Source: Octopus sinensis (lineage: Eukaryota). From it: a stretch of DNA of 64,000 bases. The position numbers were made by a program, and so were the translations under genes. Shown one piece after another: positions 14,521 to 27,734 of this stretch; the first letter of the stretch is position 1; each line of letters opens with the position of its first letter. Location of the stretch: the NCBI RefSeq assembly GCF_006345805.1, contig NC_043009.1, positions 64,914,001 to 64,978,000 on the forward strand, written 5' to 3'. The notes below the pieces were generated by a model. It had not been told where the DNA came from. It worked only from the letters and a program-made list of their open reading frames with translations, and searched no databases.

Positions 14521-14925
14521 GGCGGTGAGCTGGCAGTAACGTTAGCACGCCGGGCGAAATGCGTAGCCGTATTTCGTCTGCCGTTACATTCTGAGTTCAA
14601 ATTCCGCCGAGGTCGACTTTGCCTTTCATCCTTTCGGGGTCGATAAATTAAGTACCAGTTACGCACTGCGGTCGATATAATCGACTTAATCTGTTTGTCA
14701 GTCCTTGTTTGTCCCCTCTATGTTTAGCCCCTTGTGGGTAGTAAAGAAATAGGTATTTCGTCGGTTTTTACGTTCTGAGTATAAATTCTGCCGAGGTCAA
14801 CTTTGCCTTTCATCCTTTCACGGTTGGTAAATTAAGTACCAGTTCCGTACTGGAGTCGATCTAATCGACTGGCCCCGCCCTCCCCAAAAATTTTGTACCT
14901 TGTGCCTAGAGTAGAAAAGATTATA
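14521..14925 (+). mobile_element. SINE family A chimeric dimer (second part has an alternative tail)
   Basis: Junction GAAATA|GGTATTTCG near 14752; tail ...CCTTGTGCCTAGAGTAGAAAAGA. Confidence 0.8.
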
Positions 14926-15165
14926 TTCTTTTCTTTTATTAGTTTCAGTCATTTGGCTGCGGCCGCGCTGGAGCACCGCCTTTAGTCGAACGAATTCCAC
15001 CCAGGACTAAATCCATCTTTTGTAAGCCTAGTACTTGTTCTATAGGTCTGTTTTGCCCAACCGCAATATTACGGGGACATAAATACACCAACATCGGTTG
15101 TCAAGCGATGGTGGGGCATAGACGCAGACACACAAACACACACACTCACATACACACGCACGCAC

Positions 15166-15240
<75 letters not shown>

Positions 15241-15649
15241 GCCTACAAAGGAATATAGTAAAGTTGTTAGTGAGCAGAACTGTAGCATGGCTTGGTTATT
15301 GTTGGCTTTTGTTTAGACATTAACGGGACGATTATCTTTTCTTCTGAGAATGTCAAGGTTAAAGCCTAGAGTTCAGTCCAGTGTTTAAACCTTAGTAGTT
15401 TGGTGTGTTTCCTTTGTATGTTAGCATTTAGGAGATTGGTATTTAAGGGTTCCCGAATGTAGGCAGGTGAGGCTTATTTGGCTGACAAATTAGTGTTATT
15501 TGTGGTCTTTTCCTGTCTATATTTCCAGTCTATATTTAGCACTGAAGTATGTCACAGTGACATTAGGATGGAGTATTTCTTAAACTAATGTTTTAATTAG
15601 AAAATTACTATTTGTAAATGTCACAATGAAAGATATTCAGCAACAGGGC

Positions 15650-15794
15650 TTTGGAGTAAAGATTATTTGCCAACATAACATGGCAGTCCTGGTTTAGGAC
15701 GAATGTTGCTGTAATTTATCTCCTGGGGCTAAATTACTGCAACATTCGTCCTCAGGACTGCCATTTTATGTTGGCAAACAATCTTTACTCCAAA
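15650..15794. mobile_element. Small hairpin MITE
   Basis: TTTGGAGTAAAGATT...GTAATTTA / TAAATTAC...AATCTTTACTCCAAA, arms of about 65 bp. Confidence 0.7.
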
Positions 15795-16329
15795 TGTTTT
15801 AATGTTCACAAGAATATGTAGGTAGTTTTAACTGTTGTTGGTCAGCGTATTTGTGTCTCGTGTGTCATCGCTCGGGAAAATATTTGGTTGTTGTTTATAA
15901 TATTTAATCTATGGATTAAAGGAGGTGAAGTTTATAGGCTGGTTTTTTTTTAATGAATATTTATGTTCGCTATCAGTCATGGAACATTTTTATCATAAGT
16001 TTTGTTATTTGTATTTATTAAAATGCGTAAAAGGTATGCATTATAAAAAGAGTACGAGGGACTTTAAGCCCGGTTGTTTTCGTATCTTCCTAACATAAAT
16101 GTATGCGTGTGTTTTGTGCGTTTGTAAACTTAGTTTAGAAAATTACACTGGAAAGTTTTCGAAAATTTGATGACACGTAGCTAATTTCTTCCTGATTTGT
16201 TTAGTGTAGAGTTGTAATATCAGTTTTTGTGTGTGGTATTATGGAGGTAGTTGATAGTAAAGGTAGTTATGATAGAATTAGGGTGGTGAGATATTTTCGT
16301 ATTAGCCCTTAGAAAAATTAATAGGTTTG

Positions 16330-16860
16330 AAGTGTTTTGGGCTTTAAAGCTTTTGTGCTTAAAAGAGGAGACTATTTCCCCAAATCGATTCAGATTTTGC
16401 TACTTTAATGTAAAAATGTTATAGGATTTGTTTGTACAGAGAGTTTTCAAGGTCTATTGTTACTTTTATAAGGTTGTGTGCATGACAATATTTTCCAGTT
16501 TATGGTAAATAGAGTATCTCTAGAGTTTAATGTCCATATATGCTTGGATAGAGAAGTGTATTTTTATGTGTTTGAGTTGCGTAGATTGTGTGGTGGTTGT
16601 ATCGTGTTTTGAACTCGTTTACAGTAGACTCTATATATCTAGAAGTAGTAGTTATGAAATATTCGTGGTTATTGTTGCACTACAGACAATATTGCTTGAG
16701 AGACAGTTTCCTCCCTGAGGGCAGGATGAAGATTCTTTACTATGGCAATTGTTGTTATTGTTTGAGTGATTTTGGTTTTCGGCTTTAGAGAACTTTTGGT
16801 GGGTTATAATTGGATACAGTTTTTTTCCCAAAATCGTTAGTTATAGAATATGAGAAAATA
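16330..16860 (-). mobile_element. Decayed Penelope-like GIY-YIG endonuclease fragment
   Basis: Broken frames read CPQGGNCLSSNIV...RYIESTVNEFKTRYNHH...TSLSKHIWTL...INWKIL, matching my recalled GIY-YIG consensus of Penelope-like elements; sequence distinct from the 63-kb element. Confidence 0.65.
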
Positions 16861-19438
16861 TAATAGACAAAACGAAAATGTCTGTACTATGATATCTCAG
16901 TTTCTTCAAAATCAATTGTTAACCGATCGTGGGGTATTCGGCTCAAGATCATAAGGTCGTGAGTTCGATTCCCGGTGGCGCGTTGTGCCCTTGAGCAAGA
17001 CTCTTTATTTCACATTGCTCCATTCCACTCAGCTGACAAAAATGATTTGTACCTGTAATGCAAAGGCCCAGCCTTGTCACATTCTGTGTCACGCTGAATC
17101 TCCCTGAAAACTACATTAAGATTACGCGTGTCAGCCACTTGCATGTTAATCTTTCACGAGCCGGCTTTTCTGTTGATTGGATCAACTAGAACGCACATCG
17201 TGGTAACCGTCCGAGTGCCAGTTCATGTGGTATATTATTAAATACTTTTCGGTGATTAAGTCTGACCATATTAATGTCCGTTTTCGTTTTGCAGTTTCTA
17301 TTTCAGCCCCGTTGGTCAGCAGTTGCTCTTTGCAGTCATATGTTCCTTTCTGGTTTCCTCAGAAACGTCCTTGTCTAATACGACTTTGAATATTCTCAGT
17401 CTTCAGCCAGTTACAATAGACAGTAGCGGACAAATGAAACAAGAAATAACACGGCTGTTATTGCATTTGCTGAAAGCGAAGTTGATATTGAAATCCACCG
17501 CCCCTAGTCCGTTGTTCCTTTCTGTTAATCCGGCAAAATTCCACCGAAAGGTCACGCGTATCTAAGACTTAACTGTTATGTCGTGTCTCCGTCAATCGCG
17601 TTTGTTCAAGCACTAATGGCTAAGTTGTTTCTGAGAAAGCCTTGAGACGTCAGAAGAAATCCAATATTCCAACTCCTATGAGGAACTATTGCCAGTCTTA
17701 TAGCACTGTTCATCACGTCTTGAGTAATAGTGTCCTTGCTTCCATGCTGACCCCAGACCACCTGCAATATAGGCACCACATTCCTAAATGACTTTGCTGG
17801 TTTGCGAAAGTGTAGGAGAAGCCACCTCTTTCTTTTAAGCGTTGGTGACTCGAAGTTTTAGAACTGTTTGTTCTGGGAACATCCTTCATCAAGGATGTAT
17901 CTTTATCAAAGATATTCGATTGCAAGTTTTTCCTAAAACAGGCGTTCTGTGTACACTTTTGATGTAGTTTGTATAATCAATCACGATGATACAAACTACA
18001 TCAGAAATGTACACAGAACGCATGGGTTTAGGGGTAGAAATCTTGTATTTTCCCGCCTCTGTTCTCTGCAGATTTCGTATCAACTCTCTCTTGTCCTTCA
18101 AAGCAAGAGAGAACTTGCACAAAGTTAATTGAAATATATTAGTTTCTTCGACACAATGTCTGAAATTTGGAGCAAGAAAAACACCAATTATATCTTTATT
18201 TCGTGTGCCTGGTACTTATTTCATCGACCACAGAAGAATGCAAGTCAAAGTCGACGCCTACGATATTTGAAATAAGAACGTAAAGTGCTACATTAGATCA
18301 GGCAGGACATTCTTTCGATACTCATCCAGCGCCTTTAATAGTAATATTTGTTATCAGCGTAATATGTTATTTATCGAAACCATTATGTGTGTACATGTAC
18401 TCGCGGCATGTAAACAAAGTTCATAGAGCTAAGAGTGATTGCTAATTCCAGTAAACAAACAAAGGAAGAAGTTGAAAAACAAAGCAAAAAAATAAGAAAA
18501 AAAGAACGAAAAAAAAAATTGACTGTCACACATTATGCAAGAAACTTTATCGCTTACGCAAAACATTTGATTCAGAAAATTACTTTATGCAAGGTTGAAC
18601 TGAAAACACAGACCAAGGTAGACATTTATGCGGAGACACGACCAGCTAAGACGTGTGGGTGTATGTATGTATGCATGTATTCATGTATGCATGTATGCAT
18701 GTATGCATGTATGCATGTATGTATGTATGTATGCATGCACACATGTATGTATGTATGTATGTGCACCCATCTGTCCTTATTAACTGTGTACCTATCTATC
18801 TGTATATCTACCTGTCCATATACGTATCCATTTACCTACGTATATATACATATATACAAGCACATATATACAAGCACATATATACATACATACATACACA
18901 TACACCCACACACACATACAGACATACACACACACACACGCATATGTATGTGTGTGTATGTATATATATGTAGGTGAATGGATACGTATACGGAAAGGTA
19001 GATATACAGGTAGATAGGTACATAGGTAATACGGACAGACGGGCACACACACACATATACATACATACATACATACATACATACAAAGGTGCACATATGT
19101 ATACATATAAATAAATATGCATACAGGCACATACATGCATACTCATATATACATTCATACATATGTGTATGCGCACGCACACACATCAGTGTGTTAAATT
19201 AATATGGCACTAAAAGAGAATGACACCCCAAACACAATAAAATAAGTTTCAACACACAAATTCACATAAAGAATCTTGCAAACCAAATAAAAAAGTAGCT
19301 TGCTTACCAACCACCCACATGGTTCTGGGTTCAGTCCCACTGCGTTGGCACCTTGGGCAAGTGTCTTCTATTGTAGCCTCGAGCCGACCAAAGCTTTGTG
19401 AGTGGATTTGGTAGACGGAAACTGAAAGAAGCCCGTCG

Positions 19439-19526
<88 letters not shown>

Positions 19527-21301
19527 ATATATATGTTTGTGTGTCTGTGTTTGTCCCCACCCACCATCGTTTGACAACCGATGTTGGTGTGCTTACGTCC
19601 CTGTAACTTAGCAGTTCGGCAAAAGTGACATATAAAATAAGTACTAGGCTTACAAAGAATAAGAGCTGGGGTCGATTTGTGCGACTAAAAAGGTGGTGCT
19701 CCAGCATGGCTGCAGTCAAATGACTGAAAAAAATAAAATAAAAGATATATATATACATAAATACATATATATATACATAAATACATACATATATATATAT
19801 ATATATATAGTATTATATGAGGAGATAGATTTTGCATTAAACTTTTATTAGGCGCAACTTATGTTTCTACCCATCTTATGTTTCTGGGTCTCTTCATGTA
19901 CATTGATAAAGATATCTCACTAGAGATTTTTAGTGGCTTTTTGTTATGAGTCCATCAAGTTAGGGAATGAAGAAAAGCAAATAATATTATAGAAACGCAA
20001 AAAATTCAAATACGAACGTGGAAATTTTGCGTCGCAGTTTAGATAAAATGACCTAATCAGCTTTCGCTGTCATAACTGCTTAGGATAAAAAAAAAAGTCG
20101 AAGGAGAAAGAGAGATTAATACGTGGACAAGTCGTTTCATGCTCGTGCATATACATACAAACGGACAGAGGACATCGAACAAAAGGCCAGTGACACTATA
20201 TAAAAAGAAAAAAGAAGTCTCTAGTGGGACTTCTTCATCAATTTACCTGAGGAGGCCAAGGCTGATGGGTCGAAACCTATGCTGGGCCTAATAAAAGTCT
20301 TATGCGAATTTCATCCCCTACTATTAATTAATACTATTACCCTAACTGCCACTGCAGAGGAATTCCTTAAGTAGATCCATCCAAATGTACCACACCTGCG
20401 GATGACAACAGGTAACCTAAACTGTACAGGTGCTCAGCTCAACATTTAAACACACTAATCGAATTATATTTATTAATCCTCTCCTGCCAAAAAAACAAAA
20501 AACAAAACAAAACAAAAAACAAAATACATATTAAAAAACCACTTTTCTCAACAAACATTTTTATCAAAAGACATATATTATTAGACCTCATTAACACCAC
20601 CACCCCAGACACACACCTAAAACATAGAAAATGACTAAAAGAAACAATTTAGAAAAAAACATCTTGTCATTAGATTTCTGACCGAAGGTCAACTATTCAA
20701 ATGGTTTCACAAAACGCTCCTTTAACACCCCACCACCTCCTAAATCCATCCCCAATCAAGTACCTTGTGTTGACCATTCACTACTTTCTTTTAGCTATTA
20801 TTCACCAACAGTCTTGCACTCCCACACTGATTGACAAACCTCATCCCTCCACCCCCAAACACACTCAAATCCCATACGTAGACTCACAAAGCCCCAAATC
20901 CTCAGATCTGTTTGATAATGAACGCGAGGACGTTCTCCAAAGAAGTTAACCAGAAAAATTGAAAACATGGTTTCGGGTTCAGTTCCACTGCGTGGCACCT
21001 TGGGCAAGTGTTTTCTACTATAGCCTCAGGCCGACCAAAAGCCTTCTGAGTGGATTTGGTAGACGGAAACTGAAAGAAGCCCGTCGTATGTATGTATATA
21101 TATATATATGTATGTGTGTCTGTGTTTGTGCCTCTGTGTTTGTCCCCCCACCCAACATCACTTGACAAGCGATGCTGGTGTGTTTATGTTCCCGTAACTT
21201 AGCGGTTCGGCAAAAGAGACCGATAGAATAAGTACTAGGCTTACAAAGAATAAGTCCTAGGAGCGGGGTGCAAAAATCGATTGTCAACCGATGGTGGAGT
21301 A

Positions 21302-21336
<35 letters not shown>

Positions 21337-21760
21337 GTATTAACAGTAATAATGAGTATGAAAATTCACAAGACTTATTTGCAGCATATTGCAATGCCCT
21401 AGACGTGATTTCACTGCACCGACTGCACATTGTCGCCGATACAACCTTGCAGTATTATCTGTGCAGTTTCATAAAGCTCTGTCCATTTGGGTTTTTTCGA
21501 AGTGAAGGGGGTTGAAGTAAATATTTCTCAGTTCGTGCCCTGTGCGAAGTAGGTGTGTTATTATCAGTATATATGATGCTTACCTTAATTTCACCTGTAC
21601 GCTGCCTGAAGCTGGGCTCGGTCCTAAAATAGGTGATGGTTGAAGTTTTTTGCTCTTCGTTCGTCTTAGTAGCTGTCTGTGTGTTTGTTCGACGCACTAA
21701 CGATTTCACAAAATAATAATGGTTTGTAACATTAACACGATGCTTCCGATGTAGAGGATG

Positions 21761-22043
21761 GGGCTACTACTTGAGAACAGTGGTTCCGGTGCGCGCACTC
21801 GCGTAGTCGCGCATCCGCGCTAGCTAGTCGTGACTAGTCGATCCTACAACGACTCCTTAGCAAAGTAAATAAAACACAAAATAAATATTTTTTTTTTACA
21901 CAAAGTAAATAATTTTTGTTAAACCGGGTTCAGTCCCACTGCGTGGCACCTTGGGCAAGTGTCTTCTACTATAGCCTCGGGCCGACCAAAGCCTTGTGAG
22001 TGGATTTGTAGACGGAAACTGAAAGAAGCCTGTCGTATATATG

Positions 22044-22082
<39 letters not shown>

Positions 22083-22391
22083 TTGTCTCCCTAGCATTGC
22101 TTGACAACCGATGCTGGTGTGTTTGCGTCCCCGTAACTTAGCGGTTCGACAAAAGAGACCGATAGAATAAGTACTAGGCTTACAAAGAATAAGTCCTGGG
22201 GTCGATTTGCTCGATTAAAGGCGGTGCTCCAGCATGGCCGCAGTCAAATGACTGAAACAAGTAAAAGAGTAAAAGAGTAAAGTAAGTAAAACACAAAAAC
22301 ACAAAGTAAGGATCGATTAGTCATTACTAGCTAGCACGGATGCGCGAGTACACGAGTGCGCGCACCGGGACCACTGTTCTCTAGTAGTACC
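21761..22391. mobile_element. GC-rich TIR element (about 85-bp arms) interrupted by a SINE
   Basis: CTACTACTTGAGAACAGTGGTTCCGGTGCGCGCACTCG... mirrored by ...CGAGTGCGCGCACCGGGACCACTGTTCTCTAGTAG; TSD-like GGATGG on both flanks. Confidence 0.7.
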
Positions 22392-23367
22392 AGGGATGGG
22401 TTGATCTGTGCCGTGTTTTATATATAAAGCTACACACATCCACCTTACTTCAGGTGCGTGTGTATATGTGTGTGTGTGTGTGTGTGCGTGTGTGTGTGTG
22501 TGTGTGTGTACGCGTGTGTGTGTGTGCGTGTGCGTGCGTGTGTGTGTGTGCGCACGCATAGAGGGATTTCAACTACATATATATAAAGTGACAGAGGTAA
22601 ACACAGCCAAGTAATTCATTAACTCATTCTAGACAGACTCAGATATACATTACAGGTTTTGGGATTATAAATATCATTTCTAATGTTGTACATATGTACT
22701 CGCACGCACGCACACACATACACACACACACACACACACGCGCGCACACACACACAAACACACACACACACACACACACACACATATGTGCGGGTGTGTA
22801 TGTGTGTGTGTGCGTAAGTTTGATATATCTCCAAAATGTTTGGCTGCTGGTTGGCTGGAATTGAAGCGCTTAATAGTTTGTCAGAATCAAAACTATTCCA
22901 GAAGTCACCAAGTTACCTTACGGTTCGCAATGGAATCTTTTAAAGACAATTCAGACTCGAAAACGAATATAGAATCTCTGCAGCTAAAAGGTAAGATTGA
23001 TATAATCAATTATAACTTATTAATTATAACTTATTAATTATAACTTATTAATTGTAACTTATCAAATTCATCTCCGATGCTGCCTTTTCACGTTTACATT
23101 CGAGTCAGGTTTGTTGTGAGTCGCAAAACACAAAATTTTGCTGTCTTCTTTTTTATCGTTTTATCTCTTACTTGGTTACAATCACTAGACCGCGGCCATG
23201 CTGGAGCACTGCTCTGGAGAATTCTTAGTCGAATGAATCGATCCCAGTACTTATTTGTTTTTAAGCCTGATGCCTAACCCTACCAGTGGCTCTTGCCGAA
23301 CCGCTAAGTTATGGAGACGTAACACACTACCGGTTGTCATGTGGTTGGTGGGGGAGAAATACAGCCG

Positions 23368-23398
<31 letters not shown>

Positions 23399-23467
23399 GA
23401 CAGGCTTCTTTCGGTTTCGATCTACCAAATTCACTCACAAGCCTTGTTTAATATCTATTTAAACTAA

Positions 23468-23850
23468 GGCGGCGAGCTGGGCGAAATGCTTAGCGGTATT
23501 TCGTCTGTTTTTACGTTCTGAGTTCAAATTTCGACGAGGTCGACTTTGCCTTTCATCCTTTCGGGGCCGATTAAATAAGAACCAGTTACACACTGGAGTC
23601 GATATAATTGACTTAATCCGTTTGTCTGTCCTTGTTTGTCCTCTCTGTGTTTAGCCCCTTGTGGGTAGTAAAGAAATAGGTATTTCGTCTGTCTTTGTGT
23701 TCTGAGTTCAAATTTCGCCTAGGTCGACTTTGCCTTTCATCCTCTCGCGGTCGATAAATTAAGTACCATTTGTGTATTGGAGTTGATCTAATCGACTGGA
23801 CCCCTCCCCCAAAATGTCGGGCCTTGTGCCTAGAGTAGAAAAGAATATTT
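23468..23850 (+). mobile_element. SINE family A chimeric dimer
   Basis: Same junction near 23679 and same alternative tail. Confidence 0.8.
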
Positions 23851-25053
23851 AATTAAATTATAACAGAAGAAGGTAGCTCGAGGCCGCCATAGCCTGCCTT
23901 CCTGTTATGTTCGATAAAACACAACACAGATTAATCCATCTCCGAAATCGGAGGCATCGTGTTAATGTTACAAACCATTATTTTGCGAAATCGTTAGAGC
24001 GTCAAACAAACTGCTTTATTCTATTTACATACAGCGCCTTACAAGCCGATTTCAAATTCCGTTCAGACCCGCATTGCTTCCCTTCGCTCTGGAGTCGATA
24101 ACAAATCGGTTAAATACTAGATTGATTTTATCGATTACCCTATCCCATCCGGTTAATGTTTAGAATATTATCCGGAAACGAAATAAAAAGAAAATAGTGC
24201 AACGGATGTAAAAAAAATGTGTAGGAAACGAATATGAAGACAAAAACGCACGAAAAGAGAGGACTTAGGAAAATTCACAAGATCTGAATTTTCCCCTCAT
24301 AACTTTTAGGAAAATGTTTTTTTTTTTAAATAAAATTTTATATAAATACCTTTCAAACGGCATAGATTACGATTATGAAGAAATTTGTGGGTAAAATCTT
24401 TTCGGAAGGGGTGGGGAGAGAACTTCGGAAAATTCACAAGATCCGATGTTTTCCCTCGTAACTTTAAGGAAAATGGATATCTTTTAATGAAATTGTACAC
24501 ACCTTTCAAACGGCACTCATTACGTATGCATAATGTTTTGCAAAGCCCTTATTTTTGTTCGGAAAAAGGGATGGGAGGAGAAACCGGAATAATTAGAAAA
24601 TGTTTTTCTTTTTTAATGAATGAATTACGGTGACCTAATATGCCACAATCAGTAATCTGGGATTAATATATCCAATGATGTTTAAAAGGTATGTAAAGGA
24701 TATATTGTTTTGATATTATACTTTTTACTTGTTTCACACACACACGAACACTAACGTGGTTCTCTCCTGTTCTCTCCTGTTCAGATTTCTATAACTTTAG
24801 CATTTTCAATTATTATTCTTTCCAAACTTGTTTGATTTTTCAATCTAATGTAATCCACACTCTAGAAAACGCATTTCTGCAAAATGTTATCTTAAAATAT
24901 AGGTAAAGAAAAGGGGCTAATGCAGTTTCGTACCTCACCTTCAAAAACGCATTTTTGGTGGGGTCCCTACCTATTTTTTCCGATCAAAATTAAGAAGTTT
25001 ACGGCACATTAGGCACCCGTAATGCATGTTGTTTGAAAGGTATTTATATACAT

Positions 25054-25357
25054 ATATTGTTGTATTTAGGAATGGTCATTTTGCCACTTTAGCCAATAAA
25101 AACACACGCACTATATATTTGGTGTTACTTTGCTTCAGCGTTATGTATTTTTTACATTAATCTTAATCTTATTTCGGCCAGAGTTCTTTCGTCACACTCC
25201 TGTGACCTCATCAGTGGTCCTTTGCTTTCTTCTTTCTTATTTGTGTGTCTCTCCTTACTAAAATACATAACGCTGAAGCAAAGTAACACCAGATATATAG
25301 TGCGTGTGTTTTTATTGGCTAAACTGGCAAAATGACCATTCCGAAATACAACAATAT
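25054..25357. mobile_element. Element with about 100-bp near-perfect inverted arms enclosing a hammerhead motif
   Basis: ATATTGTTGTATTT(A/C)GGAATGGTCATTTTGCCA...GCGTTATGTATTTT arms; spacer of about 105 bp. Confidence 0.7.
25176..25220 (-). ncRNA. Minimal type I hammerhead motif between inverted arms
   Basis: Minus strand GGACCA-CTGATGA-G-GTCAC-AGGAGT-GTGAC-GAAA-GAAC-TC-TGGCC; extra nt after A9; stem I CCA/TGG. Confidence 0.62.
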
Positions 25358-26528
25358 CTGTTTCAACACACGATTTCACATCAAAAATCTTGCAAAACAA
25401 ATATATTTATATACAGTTTCATTAAAAGATATTCATTTTCCTCAAAGTTATGAGCGAAAACCTCGGATCTTGTAAATTTTTTGAAGTCCACTCCCCAGCT
25501 CCTCGGAAAAGATTTTACCCACAAATTTCTTTATAACCGTAATGTATGCCGTTGAGGGGAAAAACTCGGATCTTGTGAATTTTCCGAAGTCCCCTCTCCA
25601 CCCCACCCCCATTGCTTTCCGTGCATTTTTCTTTTCGTATTAATTTCCTGCACATTTTTTTTAATACCCGTTTCACTATCTTTGGGTTTTTTATTTCGTT
25701 TCCGGGTAATATTGTAAACATCAACTCTCCCCCACCCCGCTAACTTGCTGGGCATGTGCCTAAATTTGAAATTTTAAGGTAGGTGTCTAGCGAAGTCGGT
25801 AGAGTGTCGGAAAAAAATGAGGTTTTACTTGTGGTGATTTTTATTCTGTGTTCAAATCTCGCCCAAGTCAACATTGACTTTTCTCTGTTCGTGATCGATA
25901 AATACACGAATTAAGTCCTCAGTTCTATATACATACATATAACATGTATACACACACACACACACACACACATATATACATACATACATACATACATACA
26001 TACATACATACATACATACATACATACATACATGGGTACTTCTTGGTTATCTCACCCCTATTAAAAATTTGCCATTAAAGAAACTAAAAAATCGAGTTTA
26101 TGTGGCAACAAGAGATTGGATTAAAAGGGTCAGAGATCCTTTTGATTCAAAATACTTCAACACACAGTTAACTTTCGGCCCCTCAATAGGAACGGTATGA
26201 TTTGTTATAAAAATCGTATCAGATTCGGCAAGATGTTTCATCTTTTCACTTTCTATGTTTAACAATTTAAAAAAAAATCTTTTTGCTTTATTTTATTGAG
26301 GGTTAAATAACTTTTTTAGTTGAAGGAGATAACCAAAAGTACCGTTATTTCTCGTAAAACAGGGTGAGATAACCCAATTTTTAATGGAGATGTGATAACC
26401 AAAACGTACTATGCATGCATAGCTCTCATAAAGACGTATTTACTCGTGTGTGTGTGTATGTGTGTGCGTAGGAGCACACGTGTGTTTATATATTTACATA
26501 CATACATGCAAGTCTGTGTGTGTGTGTG

Positions 26529-26870
26529 AAGGCGCATGGCTGAGTGGTTAGAGCGTCGGGCTTACGATCGTGACGTGGTGAGTTCGATTCCTTGACCGGT
26601 TTGTGTATTGTGTTCTTGAGCAAGACACTTTATTTCACTCTGTTCCAGTTCACTCAGCTGCAGAAATGAGTTGCAACACCACGGATGCCGAGCTTTATCA
26701 GCTTTTGCCTTTCTCATGGATAACATCAGTGGCATGGAGAGGAGAGGCTGGTATTCATGGATGACTGCTGGTCATCCATAAACAACCTTACCCAGACTTG
26801 TGCCTCTGTGGGCGATTTTCTAGGGTGCAATTCCATGATCATTCGTGAGCGACGGCAGGTCTTTATATAA
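26529..26870 (+). mobile_element. SINE family D
   Basis: GGCGCATGGCTGAGTGGTTAGAGCG...GAGTTCGATTCC head; CTTGAGCAAGACACTTT and CACTCAGCTG central domain shared with family C; 3' part also at 51385-51608(+). Confidence 0.8.
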
Positions 26871-27734
26871 TAGCATAGTTTATATATATTATATACACAC
26901 GCACACATATTATATGTCTAGAAGCATACGTAAATAACCGAATAACGTTTGGACGTAGGTCAGTTATTTTTTACTCCGAGTGGCTCGTTTCTATCGCAGT
27001 CGGTCGTCAGTAAAGGAGTTGGATTAACGATTCTCCCATTGGGTTCAAGGATCATCTAACTCCTGGAAGTAACGAGATAAAGGCCCATTCTCTGCGATGT
27101 GTGTGTGTGAGTGTATATATTTATATATTCTATTCTTTTATTTGTTTCAGTAGTTTGACTGTGGCCATGCTGGAGCACCGCCTTTAGTCCAACAAATTGA
27201 CCCCAGGACTTATTCTTTGTAAGCCTGGTACGTATTCTATCGAGCTCTTTTGCCGAAACGCTTAGTTACGGGGACGCAAACACACCAACACATATACATG
27301 TATGCGACGGGCTTCTTTCAGTTTTCGGTCTACCAAATCCACTCACAAGGCTTTGGTCGGCCCGAGGCTATAGTAGAAGACATTGCCCAAGGTGCCACGC
27401 TGTGGGACTGAATCCGGAACTATGTGGTTGAGAAGTAAGCTTCTTACCACACAGCTACAGGACAAAAAGAACATAACAAGTGGAACCGAATAAAACTCAT
27501 GCGGGAAAATTAGGCGATAACGTAAGATAAGCGATAAGACAGACGATAAAATTACAAACGGCAAACAGAAGAGAAACAAGACACAAAGACCATTTGCAGA
27601 AGATTTCCTCATCAGTCGGTTTCTGGATAGTCATTATAGTTTCACCCCTTCAGTACCGAGACTATTCGAATCTAGTAAGGTGCCAGGGACTTAAGCTAAA
27701 AGCACTAAGCCTCTGAAAAAAGCAAACGAATGTA

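Larger units (their letters stand above)
24152..25725. mobile_element. Old foldback-like element with about 330-bp inverted arms containing subrepeats
   Basis: 24152-24480 is roughly 80% similar by eye to the reverse complement of 25430-25725; repeated GAAAATTCACAAGATC motif. Confidence 0.55.

Noticed and set aside
17600-18130. RTE reverse-transcriptase remnant (VIDYTNYIKSVHR resembles FIDFKKAFDSVHR)
   Set aside because: The resemblance overlaps a DNA hairpin that explains the sequence, and the flanking motifs are unconvincing.
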